Positions 37,932-48,328 of a stretch of DNA of 64,000 bases are shown one piece after another. The translations under genes and the position numbers were made by a program. Every line of letters begins with the position of its first letter. Position 1 is the first letter of the stretch. The DNA comes from Gemmatimonadota bacterium. GTDB lineage: Bacteria; Latescibacterota; UBA2968; UBA8231. The DNA lies in assembly GCA_038153405.1 (NCBI GenBank), contig JAYOYH010000001.1:96156-160155 (forward strand). The letters run 5' to 3'. Below the pieces are notes generated by a model that was given only the letters and a program-made list of their open reading frames with translations, ran no database searches and was not told the origin of the DNA.

Positions 37932-38671
37932 GTAGCTTTTTCTCCTGGGTGAAAAAAGGGGTAGACGACCTGGTGATCAGAGCGCTGAGCCTCATCGACC
38001 GAGCCGGTGAATACGACGCGGCCGGCATCGAGCATGATAAGGCGACCGTTCAGGCGTCCAATGCTCAGCAACTCGTGTGTAACAACGACGATGGTGATAC
38101 CCAACTCGTGGTTCAGGGTGAGCAGGAGTTCATCGATTTCGGCAGCGGTCACTGGATCGAGACCGGCCCCGGGTTCATCGCAAAAAAGGATCTCTGGATC
38201 GAGCACCATGGCTCGCGCTAGGGCAGCCCTTTTGCGCATGCCACCCGATAGCTCGTCGGGAAAGCGCTCGTAGGCGTGTTCGAGCGAGACGCTGGCCAGG
38301 CGCATGCGCACGATGTCTTCTACTAAGTCGCGCGGCAGGTCGGTGTGCATCTCTAGCGGCAGGGCGATATTCTCGCCCACGGTGAGCGAATTGAGTAGGG
38401 CGCCGTACTGAAACATGACGCCGAGTCGCACGGCCAGGCGCGGCCGGCTGCTCTCGTCGAGCATCGACGTATCGATACCCAGCACGTCAATGCGTCCCGA
38501 GCGCGGCTGCACTAAGCCGATAATGGTCTTGAGCAGGGTGCTTTTGCCACAGCCGCTACCGCCGAGGACGACGGCTATTTCACCCCGGTTGATGTGCGCG
38601 CTGACCCCGTCCAAAACGGTTGTTTCGCCGTAGGCCACGCGCAGGTCGGCAATGTCGATGGCCGCTTCCAT
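37928..38671 (-). CDS. MlaF-like ABC ATPase of MCE system
   Basis: GGSGCGKS, FQYGAL, LSGGMRKRAALARA, DEP.AGLDP. Confidence 0.9.
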   Translation of the reverse strand: MEAAIDIADLRVAYGETTVLDGVSAHINRGEIAVVLGGSGCGKSTLLKTIIGLVQPRSGRIDVLGIDTSMLDESSRPRLAVRLGVMFQYGALLNSLTVGENIALPLEMHTDLPRDLVEDIVRMRLASVSLEHAYERFPDELSGGMRKRAALARAMVLDPEILFCDEPGAGLDPVTAAEIDELLLTLNHELGITIVVVTHELLSIGRLNGRLIMLDAGRVVFTGSVDEAQRSDHQVVYPFFHPGEKAT

Positions 38672-38672
38672 A

Positions 38673-39761
38673 TCAGTAAAACAGCAGGTTGAAGATCAGG
38701 TCTAGCACGATGATGCCAACCAGCGAGCTAACGACTGAAGCAGTAATGGCGCGGCCGACGCCCACCGCCCCTCCGCTGAAATTGAGTCCGCGGTACACGG
38801 AGATAACGGTGATGATCCAGGCGAACGAGACGCTTTTAACTAAGCCGGTTGCGATGTCTTTGAGGAAGAGCGACGAGATGACTTGGTTGACGAAGGCGAC
38901 CGGCGCGATTCCCATCGACGTCACGCCGACAACGGTGCCGCCGAGAATGCCGATAAAGTCGGCCATAATCGTCAGCAGAGGCATGCTGATGACCATCGCC
39001 CACATCTTGGGCACGGCGACAAAACGCAGGGGTTCGAGGGCCATGGTGCGCAGCGCATCAAGTTCTTCGGAAAACTTCATTGTCGCCACTTCGGCGGCAA
39101 TGGCCGAACCGGAGCGGCCGGAGACCATAATGGCGGTCATGAGCGGGCCCAATTCGCGCGTGATGCCGATGGCTAGCAGATCGGCGACGAATATATCCGC
39201 GCCAAACTGACGCAGCTGCACGGCCGACTGCAGCGCCGAGACCGCGCCGATGAGGAAGATGATGAGGCCGACAATGGGCAGGGCCTGGGCGCCGATGGCA
39301 TAGGCCTGATCGACGAAGGAGTCGCGGCGGATGCTGTGGCGATGCCACAGCGCGTGTACGGCAAAGTAGCTCAGATCTGACATTAAGTAGAGAAAGTCGC
39401 CCGCCCGCTCGCAGAGTTGGATAATGCCTTCGCCCAGCTTTTCGAGTCGGCTTGGGCGCGCTGTTGTTGGGCGCGCCGGCGCGCGGGTGGGCGTGGCAAA
39501 CTCGAAGAGGGGGCGCAGGTGGATGGGAAGGGGGCCTAGCTCAAGCCGGCACCCGTGCTGGGCTGCCAAGTCGGGAAGGCGGTGTAGAAATATGGCGCCG
39601 GCCGTATCGAGATGGACGAGTGCGCTGAGGTCAGTGGTCCAATGCGCCGCCGGTTCCGAGGCGAAGAGCTGGCGAATATGCGCGTCGACTTGGGCCAGAT
39701 TGGCGATGGCTAACGCGTCGTCAAAGACCAGCGTGTGGCCGTCGCTGCGCACGGCGTTCAT
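38673..39761 (-). CDS. MlaE-like permease with N-terminal STAS-like domain
   Basis: LDTAGA STAS motif; RELGPLMTA, GRSGSAIAAE. Confidence 0.9.
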   Translation of the reverse strand: MNAVRSDGHTLVFDDALAIANLAQVDAHIRQLFASEPAAHWTTDLSALVHLDTAGAIFLHRLPDLAAQHGCRLELGPLPIHLRPLFEFATPTRAPARPTTARPSRLEKLGEGIIQLCERAGDFLYLMSDLSYFAVHALWHRHSIRRDSFVDQAYAIGAQALPIVGLIIFLIGAVSALQSAVQLRQFGADIFVADLLAIGITRELGPLMTAIMVSGRSGSAIAAEVATMKFSEELDALRTMALEPLRFVAVPKMWAMVISMPLLTIMADFIGILGGTVVGVTSMGIAPVAFVNQVISSLFLKDIATGLVKSVSFAWIITVISVYRGLNFSGGAVGVGRAITASVVSSLVGIIVLDLIFNLLFY

Positions 39762-41272
39762 AGCAGGTAGACAAAGCGCAGCAGGGCCTGCTGTTCGGAC
39801 TGCAGGCGAAGAATCGGTTTCCTGCGCTGGATGTCGACAACCAGGTCGAGGTTTACAAAACGGCTAAGCTGCACGCGCCAGCGATTTTCCCAAGAGAACT
39901 CCCACGAATCCGTTTTAATACTCGGGATAAGCAGCTCAAATTCCGAGTCCAGACTAACGAAGCGCGAGAGGCGCGAGTCGAGAACCAGCAGCGTCTCCAA
40001 GCCGATGCTTTTGGCCGTCTTGATTTGGCGTGCACTGGTGCGGTCTTGGTTCAGGTCGTAGGTGTCAAAGACAAAGGTCTGGCGCGCTCCCAATCCAAGG
40101 CGCATGGCCAAGTTGAGGGGAAAACTGCGCACGAGCTGTGAGTTAATCCCCAATCCCTGGCTAAACTCGAGCGGGCTGAGTGCTGGTGAAATGGTGAACT
40201 CGCTGATGTCCACGAGCGTCGTCGTATCGCCGAGGGCATCGATTTGATAGAGGGTTTGCCGTTGGTCAAAGCGCGCCTCGGTGGCAAAGAGCTTGGCCGA
40301 GAGTTGCCCGCGTAGATAGGGACCAAAGCGCTCGGACAGTCCGCGATGGATATAGGTGCCGCGCAGGTCGAAGTCGTCAATCGACTTGCGGAAGGCATCG
40401 CCCTCTTCGCGAGTGAATCCCTCCTCGACAATAAAGCGCAAATTGGCAAAGGTGCGCTCTGAATTGTAGCTGGCCCGCCCGAAGACCTGCGCCGAAAGCG
40501 AGAAGATCGACTGGTCGTTTCCGGTAGTGTTTTGCGAAGTGGTGAACTGGGTCGAACCGCTCAGCTGCCACGAGGTCTTCCAATTTGACGAGCGGCCCTG
40601 ACCCAAAAGGCCCTGTAGGGTCGGCGGGTAAAATCCGATAAAGCTGAAGCTGTTGGTATCGACTACGAGATTGCGCTGCACCAGCTCGCCCGGCTCTAAG
40701 CGAACGCTGAACTTATTGGTCGTGGATAAATTGTCGCCGACGTTGAGCACGGTGTATACGCCGGCTGGCAGTAGCCAGGTCTTTACGGCTTCGCCGCGCT
40801 CTTCTTCAATGCCAAAACCGATGCCGTAGTTTTCCTGCTGGTCCTGCCAGTAGAGCTCATAGGCTTCGTTGACCGACGTGCGGTTGGCGTCGATGACGTT
40901 GATGACTAGAGCCGACCAGAAGGGTTTGACCAGCGTCGTCATCCCCTCGCGGACTTCGACGATGCGGCTCATCATTTGCGCTATGGAGCCAGAGCCGATA
41001 AAGACCTCATAGTAGCCGGGTGACAGCAAGGTGCCGGTGCCGGGGTTGGCTTCGGCTACCTCGTCTTTTCCCTGAAAAACGCGATAGCGCGGCTCGTTGA
41101 GCGAGTTGGACATGGTGGGGACAAAGAGAAAGCCCTTGCCCATGGGAATGAGCGTTGGATCGCGTTCGAGTTGGGCGCGCGACGGAGCGGCAATCCACGA
41201 ATAGCTCTTGTCCTGAGCGAGGGCTCCGCCCTGCTGGGCAATAAGGGCGATGAGAAAAATGAGTAGGCGCAT
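39758..41272 (-). CDS. Exported protein, probable outer-membrane beta-barrel with N-terminal beta-sandwich domains
   Basis: Signal peptide; C-terminal half of alternating amphipathic strands, ending LLRFVYLL. Confidence 0.55.
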   Translation of the reverse strand: MRLLIFLIALIAQQGGALAQDKSYSWIAAPSRAQLERDPTLIPMGKGFLFVPTMSNSLNEPRYRVFQGKDEVAEANPGTGTLLSPGYYEVFIGSGSIAQMMSRIVEVREGMTTLVKPFWSALVINVIDANRTSVNEAYELYWQDQQENYGIGFGIEEERGEAVKTWLLPAGVYTVLNVGDNLSTTNKFSVRLEPGELVQRNLVVDTNSFSFIGFYPPTLQGLLGQGRSSNWKTSWQLSGSTQFTTSQNTTGNDQSIFSLSAQVFGRASYNSERTFANLRFIVEEGFTREEGDAFRKSIDDFDLRGTYIHRGLSERFGPYLRGQLSAKLFATEARFDQRQTLYQIDALGDTTTLVDISEFTISPALSPLEFSQGLGINSQLVRSFPLNLAMRLGLGARQTFVFDTYDLNQDRTSARQIKTAKSIGLETLLVLDSRLSRFVSLDSEFELLIPSIKTDSWEFSWENRWRVQLSRFVNLDLVVDIQRRKPILRLQSEQQALLRFVYLL

Positions 41273-41277
41273 GGCGT

Positions 41278-42054
41278 TTACCGGGCGAGTTTGCCGGGCA
41301 GAATCTCGTAGTCCTGTTCGTCTGTCTCAACGCGTTCTACGCTGATCGTATCCACTGCAGTCCCTTCGACGTCGAGCGCGTCGAAGGCCAGCGGGGCGCT
41401 TTGCGTGCCGCGCTTCATATTGAGGAAGATAAAGTCGATTTCGCGCATAGACGTTTCCATCTGCTGGCTGAGAATCTGGCTAAAAGCTGCAACGGTGTGC
41501 TTCATTGCGGGAAAGAAGACCTGCCGCTCCTCATCGAAGTCCTTTTGCCAGATAACCAGCGCGTCCTCTTGGCGCACCAATTCCATGCTGAGGGCGAGGT
41601 GGGCCGCCCAAATGTCACCGCTGTCAAAGCGCTCGAGCGCTTTGACCGTGCCGCTGAGGACGTAGTCGGGACGCCGGTCGTAGAAGTCGCGGTCGTCGCC
41701 GATATAAGTAAACAGGTTGGCCTGCCGCAAATACTGCTGGATGGCGTCGGTGAACAGGTCGCCCGGCCGCGTTATCCAGTTGTGCAGCGGATCGCGGTGG
41801 AGTTCGTATTCGTCGCGGCGAAATATGATTTCCATGCGATTGTAGGCGCGCTGCACGTCAAACGGCTTGACCTGCACCTGCACGGCGTAGGGGCGCTCGG
41901 AGCGCTCGAGGCTGTTGCGCACGGGTTCGGCACTAAAATCGTAAAAGCGCCGCTGTGGTAGCTCGGCATTGCCGCCAAGAAATTGGCCGCAGGCCGAACT
42001 CAGTGCGCACAGTGCGAACAGCGCTAGGTATTTACCGAAGTTATTCGCTGCCAC
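41278..42054 (-). CDS. ABC-type transport auxiliary lipoprotein (PqiC-like)
   Basis: Lipobox LSSAC; YNRMEIIFR, W...P, LSGTV.ALE; located right after the MCE gene. Confidence 0.75.
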   Translation of the reverse strand: MAANNFGKYLALFALCALSSACGQFLGGNAELPQRRFYDFSAEPVRNSLERSERPYAVQVQVKPFDVQRAYNRMEIIFRRDEYELHRDPLHNWITRPGDLFTDAIQQYLRQANLFTYIGDDRDFYDRRPDYVLSGTVKALERFDSGDIWAAHLALSMELVRQEDALVIWQKDFDEERQVFFPAMKHTVAAFSQILSQQMETSMREIDFIFLNMKRGTQSAPLAFDALDVEGTAVDTISVERVETDEQDYEILPGKLAR

Positions 42055-43027
42055 CGCTGCGTCCCCCGCCGCGTATGAGCACGGCTGGATTTTCGCGAAT
42101 GAGCTCGGTTGTTTCGCGAATGTTTTGCAAGGTTTCCTCCAGATCCTGCATGGCGCGCAGCAGGTTTTGACGACTGGCGCCGACGGTCTGATCAATGCCG
42201 ACAAAAGTGCGGTCTATGTTTTTGACCATAGTGTCCATGCGCGCAATGAGCAAGGGCAGTGGGCCGTCCATCTGCTTGCGCATGCCCTCCATCGTCAGGC
42301 TTAAATCGTCGATAGAGCGCTGTAGCTTGACTCCGGTTAGCAGTCCGTGCAGCGAATCCATCGTTGTGCTCATCTGCTGCGTCGTGGCGGCTAAGTGTTG
42401 ACTAGTTAAATGCACTTGCAGCATGGTGCTATCGAGCGCCGTGCGGTTGTCCTGCACTAACTGGTTGGTCGTGTGCACGAAATCGCTGGCGTTGGAAAGA
42501 AGTTGGGTGAAAACGCGCCGGTTTTCCTCGTTGAGCAAGGTGTTGAAATTATCAATCGACTGTTCTACTTTGACGCTCAACGCCTCGGCGCGCTCCTGTA
42601 AGTTGCTGAAGAAGGTTTCACTGGCGCGGATGCGCGAGCCGGATGGCAGAACTTCGGCGCCGTTGCTCCCACCAAAGAGTTCGATGTACTTGAGGCCGGT
42701 GATGCCTAGCGAAGCCATGCGCGCTTCAGTGTCGACGCGGATGGCGTTTTCGGCGCTGCGGCGCTCGACGGATATTTCTACGATGACCGTGCTCACGTCG
42801 TCCGGCGAAATATAGATGTCTTCTATGCGTCCGACATTGAATCCGAGGTACTTGACGGCGGCCCCTTTGTTGAGTCCGCTCACGGGCATGCCGGTAAACT
42901 CGATGGTATACACATCGCGCTTGCCCAGCAGCTGCGTGCCAATTACGGTAGCTAAGAAAAGGCCTAGCACCGAGGTGGCGACGATAAAGAAGAGCGCTAG
43001 CCTTGTTTTTTGTGCCCTAGTGGCCAT
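42041..43027 (-). CDS. MlaD/MCE-domain protein with long helical C-terminus
   Basis: N-terminal TM; VSGL..GAAVKYLGFNVGRI, GITGLKYIEL; ends NPAVLIRG. Confidence 0.9.
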   Translation of the reverse strand: MATRAQKTRLALFFIVATSVLGLFLATVIGTQLLGKRDVYTIEFTGMPVSGLNKGAAVKYLGFNVGRIEDIYISPDDVSTVIVEISVERRSAENAIRVDTEARMASLGITGLKYIELFGGSNGAEVLPSGSRIRASETFFSNLQERAEALSVKVEQSIDNFNTLLNEENRRVFTQLLSNASDFVHTTNQLVQDNRTALDSTMLQVHLTSQHLAATTQQMSTTMDSLHGLLTGVKLQRSIDDLSLTMEGMRKQMDGPLPLLIARMDTMVKNIDRTFVGIDQTVGASRQNLLRAMQDLEETLQNIRETTELIRENPAVLIRGGGRSGGSE

Positions 43028-43139
43028 GCATGTACACTTTGGTAGTTGTCGAAAAGCGAAAAGGGCCCCGTAGTGCGTTGGGGGAATATGGGGATAGCAC
43101 CGGTCTTATGCAAGCGATACCGGATGCGTGCGCAGGGCG

Positions 43140-44015
43140 CTATCTAGCGGGTAAAACGGCGCGGACGGCGGCCGGTGCCACTTCGAGCACGAGAGGCGTT
43201 TGACCGCAGTATTCGCCGTCGGCAAAGAGCAGGCGATTGGCTTCGCCGCCAATTTCCAAGAAGTCCGTGCGCTCAATGCGCACGGCGGGATGGCGAATGT
43301 GCCGACCGCTGAATACTTGGGGAAGCAGCGATAGGGCCTGCAAATAGGAGAGCGGCTCGACGATGCACACGTCAAAGAGACCATCGTGTGGCGTGGCCTG
43401 TGGCGCGATACACATACCGCCGCCGTAGGAGCGCGTATTGCCGGTGGCCGCTAAAAAAACGGGCTGTTCTACTAAGCCAAAGGTGCCGCGCAGTTCGGCC
43501 ATGGGCGGCCGGTAGTGGCGCAGGTGGCGAAGGGACTGCGCAATATAGCCCGGCGTGCCGCTGAAGGGAGCATGTCCGGCAGACATGGCGGCGCTTACTT
43601 CTGCATCAAAGCCAAAAGCGGCAACGGTAGAAAAGTAGCGATCGCCCGCGCGGCCCAAGTCGATGGGCTTCGCCTGACCTGCCAATAGGCAATTCACCGC
43701 GCGGCTGAGGTTGCGGGGGATGCCTAGGGCACGCGCCAGATCGTTGGCGGTGCCAAAGGGCAGCAGGCCCAGCGCGGTGTGTTGGCCGACGAGTGCGGGC
43801 AGCACTTCTCCAATGGTGCCATCGCCGCCGCAGACGGCCAGTATGGATACCTCTTCGGATACGGCCTGTTCGGCGATCTGGCGGCCGTGCCCCTTTTGGT
43901 GGGTATAGCGCAGTTCGACCGCTTGCCCGCTGTCCTGCAGCAGCAGCGCGGCTCGTTCGGCAAAGCGGCGCGCACGACCGCTGCCAGCGGTGGGGTTGGC
44001 TAGGATCCATATCAT
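43140..44015 (-). CDS. Diacylglycerol/lipid kinase family (YegS/DgkB-like)
   Basis: NPTAGSG, GGDGT, PFGTANDLAR, YGGG, DGLFD, ADGE. Confidence 0.9.
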   Translation of the reverse strand: MIWILANPTAGSGRARRFAERAALLLQDSGQAVELRYTHQKGHGRQIAEQAVSEEVSILAVCGGDGTIGEVLPALVGQHTALGLLPFGTANDLARALGIPRNLSRAVNCLLAGQAKPIDLGRAGDRYFSTVAAFGFDAEVSAAMSAGHAPFSGTPGYIAQSLRHLRHYRPPMAELRGTFGLVEQPVFLAATGNTRSYGGGMCIAPQATPHDGLFDVCIVEPLSYLQALSLLPQVFSGRHIRHPAVRIERTDFLEIGGEANRLLFADGEYCGQTPLVLEVAPAAVRAVLPAR

Positions 44016-44283
44016 GGATGCGCGGTGCTACCTCGTCCGTGTAGGAGGCAATTAGATCGGAGTGAACGTGGCAATGATACGCATAAATACGCGATTCGAC
44101 TACGGGAAGGACAGCGAGTCATATGAGTAAAGGAGCAACGGGCGATGGCTGCAATCGGCGCGACGCACTGCGCCAGCACGTCGGACATCCCTATATAACA
44201 GGGCAGCATTTGCAGCCGCCGCCTCAGGCAGAGCAGGAGCGCGAAACAGAGGGTACACCCAAGAACAAACAGGGCGGTAAAAC

Positions 44284-44312
44284 TTGTAAGGAAAAGGACT
44301 AACGCCTATATT
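44284..44312 (+). promoter_or_regulatory. Possible promoter for the FAR gene
   Basis: TTGTAA, 17 nt, TATATT within an AT-rich intergenic tract. Confidence 0.4.
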
Positions 44313-44393
44313 TACAAGTCTAAATTTAAAATGCATTTATGTGATTATTTCACCTCATCTTAGACGCGCGGTGGAATATATTTTTAACGCCTT

Positions 44394-46028
44394 ATGATAC
44401 GAGAATTCTACGCGGGACGAACGGTCCTGCTGACCGGTGGTACGGGGTTTTACGGCCAGGGGCTGTTGGCCAAAATGATGCGTTCTTTGCCCGACATTGA
44501 ACGCATCTACGTGCCGATTCGCAGCGGTAGGGACAAGAGCGGTCAACCGATTGGCGTCGGAGAGCGCCTGCGCTCGTTGCTCGACCAAGCCGTCGTCTTT
44601 GACCGCTTTCGCCGCGAAGACCCGCAGGGCTTTGCGGCCGCTGCGCAAAAGGTCGTGGCCATCGAATGCGATATGCTCAAGCCGGGTCTCGGCTTGGCCG
44701 CCGACGTTCGGGCGCGTCTGCTCGATGAGTTGGACGTGCTGGTCAGCTGTGCGGCAACGGTCTCTTTTGACGATCCCCTCGACCACTCGCTGCAACTCAA
44801 CACGCTGGGATCGCGCGAAATGCTGGAACTGGCGCGTGCCTGTCACAACGACCCCGTGTTGGTGCATGTGTCGACGGCTTATGTCAACGGGCGGCGCGGC
44901 GGCATTATCGCCGAGGAAACGCTGCCGCTTGATCGCGATATCAAGCAGCTTATGGACGGGGGTGAGCCACAGCATCCCTTTGACGTCGAGGCGGAAATCG
45001 CCGATGGACTGGCGCGCTGCCAGCACATACGCGCCCGCGCGGAAAGTGCCGAGCAGGAGGCGATTTTTCGCCGCGAAATAGTCGAACAAAGTCGTTCGGG
45101 CGAGCTATCGGAAGCGCGTCTGGTCAAGCTGATGGAGGGGCATCGCAAGCGCTGGATAGAGGCCGAATTAGTGCGCGAGGGCATGCAGCGAGCGCACGCG
45201 CGCGGCTGGAACGACGTCTACACCTATACCAAGGCTATGGGTGAGCATCTGCTGGTAAAAGATCGCGATCAGGTGCGCCTGGTGATCGTGCGTCCGGCGG
45301 TTACGGAGAGCAGTCTGAACGATCCCGAGCCGGGCTGGATTCACGGGCTCAAGGTCACCGACCCGCTGGTGGTGGCCTACGGACGCGGTATGGTGCCCGA
45401 TTTTCCAGCGCGTCGCGGGGCGCCGATGGATTTGGTCCCCATCGATATTGTCGTCAACTCAATTATTTTGGCGCCGACCCAGGCAGACGCTCAGCGCGTG
45501 CGCGTATTTCACGCCGCCACAAGCGGTGAAAATCCGCTCTACAACACCAAGATGTTCGAATACATAAAGGGCTATTTCACCGCCTATCCGCTGTTGGGCA
45601 AGGATGGCTCGCAGCCCGAGTTGGTCGAGTGGACCTTTCCCAGTGTCGCGGCATTTCGCCGCGTCTTACACTGGCGCTACATGTATCCGCTCGAAGTGCG
45701 CCAGTGGCTGTTGGACAAATTGCCGCAGGGCGCTAGCACCAATAAGAAAAAGCGCCGCTTGGGAGCTATCAGAGCGCGACTCAAGCGCGTGCTCTACTTC
45801 GTCGACCTATTCAGTCCCTATACGACTTTGGACTGTCGCTTTCAGATGAGAGAAATGCTTAAGTTATACGAGTCGTTGCCCCCCGAAGAACGCGAAATGT
45901 TCAACGTCGATGTGCGCCGCATCGATTGGGAACAGTATTACCAGCACATCCACCTACCCGGTCTACGCCGCCACGTGCTCAAAGGCGAGGCCAGCGGCGA
46001 TCCAGTATTTGCCGAAGTCGATGCGTGA
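44394..46028 (+). CDS. Fatty acyl-CoA reductase (alcohol-forming, NAD_binding_4 + male-sterility domain)
   Basis: LTGGTGFYG, AATVSFD, HVSTAYV, YTYTKAMGE, IVRP, DLVPIDIVVN, IDWEQY...HLPGL. Confidence 0.85.
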   Translation: MIREFYAGRTVLLTGGTGFYGQGLLAKMMRSLPDIERIYVPIRSGRDKSGQPIGVGERLRSLLDQAVVFDRFRREDPQGFAAAAQKVVAIECDMLKPGLGLAADVRARLLDELDVLVSCAATVSFDDPLDHSLQLNTLGSREMLELARACHNDPVLVHVSTAYVNGRRGGIIAEETLPLDRDIKQLMDGGEPQHPFDVEAEIADGLARCQHIRARAESAEQEAIFRREIVEQSRSGELSEARLVKLMEGHRKRWIEAELVREGMQRAHARGWNDVYTYTKAMGEHLLVKDRDQVRLVIVRPAVTESSLNDPEPGWIHGLKVTDPLVVAYGRGMVPDFPARRGAPMDLVPIDIVVNSIILAPTQADAQRVRVFHAATSGENPLYNTKMFEYIKGYFTAYPLLGKDGSQPELVEWTFPSVAAFRRVLHWRYMYPLEVRQWLLDKLPQGASTNKKKRRLGAIRARLKRVLYFVDLFSPYTTLDCRFQMREMLKLYESLPPEEREMFNVDVRRIDWEQYYQHIHLPGLRRHVLKGEASGDPVFAEVDA

Positions 46029-46082
46029 CTGTGTGTCGCACCGCGCGCTACCTGCCCATGCGCTAGTTCTCCTTTAGAAATC

Positions 46083-46868
46083 ATGTATCCCTACCTCATA
46101 AAAATCGGTCCGATTACCATCGCCAGCTTTGGCCTGATGGTAGCGCTGGGTTTTCTGGCTGCGCTGCAGGTGCTCAGCAGGGAACTGCAGCGCAGAAATG
46201 TGGCGGATGGAGCCGAGCTCGCCTCTTCGATTATTACCACGGCAATGATCGGTGGGCTGATCGGCGCAAAGCTCTATTTCGTTCTATTTGAGACCCCGTC
46301 CAACTTGGAGTGGGGCGAGCTCTTCGACTTGATATTCTCTGGCTACGGCTTGACCTGGTACGGTGGCTTTATCGTCGCCACAGCGGCCGTTATTTGGCAG
46401 ATGCGGCGCCGTGCGGCTCCCGTGCTACAGGTGGCTGATGCCGCCGGTATGGCCTTGGCCTTGGGCTATGCCATTGGCCGTATTGGCTGTCAGCTGGCTG
46501 GCGATGGCGACTACGGCGCGCCGACCGACCTACCGTGGGGTATGGCCTATCCCAACGGTGTCGTGCCCACGCTAGAGAAGGTGCACCCTGCGCCGGTGTA
46601 CGAGACGATGGCCCATTTGGCCATCTTTGCCATTCTGTGGAAAACGCGTGCCGCGATCGGCACGCCGGGTCTGAGTTTTTGCTGCTACCTAGTATTATCG
46701 GGCCTAGCGCGTTTTAGCGTCGAGACCATTCGCATAAATCCGCGCGTGCTGTGGGGACTCAGCGAAGCGCAGCTCATCAGCGTGGCGATGATCGCCGTGG
46801 GATGTGGCTGTGCCTGGTGGGTGCTGCGCGCCGATACAACGAGACGTCGGGAGGTCAACAGTGAGTGA
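46083..46868 (+). CDS. lgt: Prolipoprotein diacylglyceryl transferase
   Basis: [37 protein letters not shown]. Confidence 0.88.
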   Translation: MYPYLIKIGPITIASFGLMVALGFLAALQVLSRELQRRNVADGAELASSIITTAMIGGLIGAKLYFVLFETPSNLEWGELFDLIFSGYGLTWYGGFIVATAAVIWQMRRRAAPVLQVADAAGMALALGYAIGRIGCQLAGDGDYGAPTDLPWGMAYPNGVVPTLEKVHPAPVYETMAHLAIFAILWKTRAAIGTPGLSFCCYLVLSGLARFSVETIRINPRVLWGLSEAQLISVAMIAVGCGCAWWVLRADTTRRREVNSE

Positions 46869-48327
46869 AGCCGTGCGCTATCCGCGCGTATCCAGTTTTA
46901 AAAGCGCAGCATCATTTCGCGCCCACTTAGCTTCTATTGGCGTGGAAATAGGCTGTGATGACGATATCCTCAAGGCGCCCGATTCGCCGCTGGCCCAGCC
47001 CTATGTGCTGGGCTCAATGGGTGTGGGCAATCGCTTTTGCATTCAGCCAATGGAGGGCTGGGACGGCACCCCCGATGGTCAGCCCAGCGAGTTGACCAAG
47101 CGCCGCTGGCGCAATTTTGGACTGAGCGGAGCCAAGCTCATTTGGGGTGGCGAGGCCTTTGCCGTCGTACCCGAAGGACGCGCCAACCCCAACCAGTTGA
47201 TGGCTAGACCCGAAACACAAGGGGCCATGGCCGAACTGCGCGAAATACTGCTGACCGCACACGGCGAAGCGATGGAGGGGTGCGACGATCTGCTACTGGG
47301 GCTGCAGGTGACCCATTCCGGCCGCTTTTGTCGTCCTTTTCGCAAAGATCGCATGGAGCCGGCCATACTCTATCGCCATCCGTTGCTCGACGGGAAATTC
47401 GGTCTCGGCCCCGACTATCCGCTGATGGAGGACAGCTATATAGATGACCTCATCGGCCACTATGTGCAGGCGGCCAAGCTCGCGTGGGAGGTTGGCTACC
47501 ACTTCGTCGATGTCAAGCACTGCCACGGCTACCTAGGGCACGAGTTTCTCAGTGCCTACACGCGACCCGGTTCGTACGGAGGCTCGTTCGAAAACCGCAC
47601 GCGCTTTGCTCGACACATTATTGAAGGCATTCACCGCGAAGCGCCTGGCCTGCAGATCGGCGTGCGCCTGAGCGCTTTTGACTTCGTGCCCTTTAGGCCC
47701 GATCCCGACGGCGGCGACGAACGACGCATGGGGGCAGGTATTCCCGAAGCATATGCAGAGGCGCTGCCCTACGACTATGGATTTGGTCTCGATCCAAACG
47801 ACCCGCTGCGCATCGACCTGGCCGAAGCCCTGCGCTTTATTGAAATGCTCAGCGACTTGGGCGTGCAGTTGATTAACATTTCCTGTGGGAGCCCCTACTA
47901 CAATCCACACATTCAGCGACCGGCGCTCTTTCCCCCTTCAGATGGCTACCAGCCGCCGGAAGACCCTCTCGTTGGGGTCGCGCGCCAGCTCGACGTTGTG
48001 GCACAGATCAAGGCGCGCTTTCCACACCTGGCCGTGGTCGGATCGGGGTACTCCTACTTGCAGGAATTTCTGCCGCATGTCGCTCAGCACAGCGTGCGCA
48101 GCGGCAACGTCGATTTCCCCGGTCTGGGGCGCATGGTGCTATCCTATCCAGAGTTGCCGCGCGATGTGCTCCACGAGGGAAAGATGGCGCGCAAGCTGAT
48201 TTGCCGAACCTTCAGCGACTGCACGACGGCTCCGCGCAACGGCATGGTTTCGGGCTGCTTTCCGCTCGATGATTTTTACAAGGAGCGCGAAGAGGCCAAA
48301 ACCTTGAAAGCGCTCAAGGCGGGCTAA
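46861..48327 (+). CDS. NADH:flavin oxidoreductase (old yellow enzyme family) with C-terminal Cys cluster
   Basis: [49 protein letters not shown]. Confidence 0.85.
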   Translation: MSEAVRYPRVSSFKSAASFRAHLASIGVEIGCDDDILKAPDSPLAQPYVLGSMGVGNRFCIQPMEGWDGTPDGQPSELTKRRWRNFGLSGAKLIWGGEAFAVVPEGRANPNQLMARPETQGAMAELREILLTAHGEAMEGCDDLLLGLQVTHSGRFCRPFRKDRMEPAILYRHPLLDGKFGLGPDYPLMEDSYIDDLIGHYVQAAKLAWEVGYHFVDVKHCHGYLGHEFLSAYTRPGSYGGSFENRTRFARHIIEGIHREAPGLQIGVRLSAFDFVPFRPDPDGGDERRMGAGIPEAYAEALPYDYGFGLDPNDPLRIDLAEALRFIEMLSDLGVQLINISCGSPYYNPHIQRPALFPPSDGYQPPEDPLVGVARQLDVVAQIKARFPHLAVVGSGYSYLQEFLPHVAQHSVRSGNVDFPGLGRMVLSYPELPRDVLHEGKMARKLICRTFSDCTTAPRNGMVSGCFPLDDFYKEREEAKTLKALKAG

Positions 48328-48328
48328 C

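Noticed and set aside
44340..44355. CRP/Rex site
   Set aside because: GTGA-TCAC spacing is 5 nt, not the required 6.
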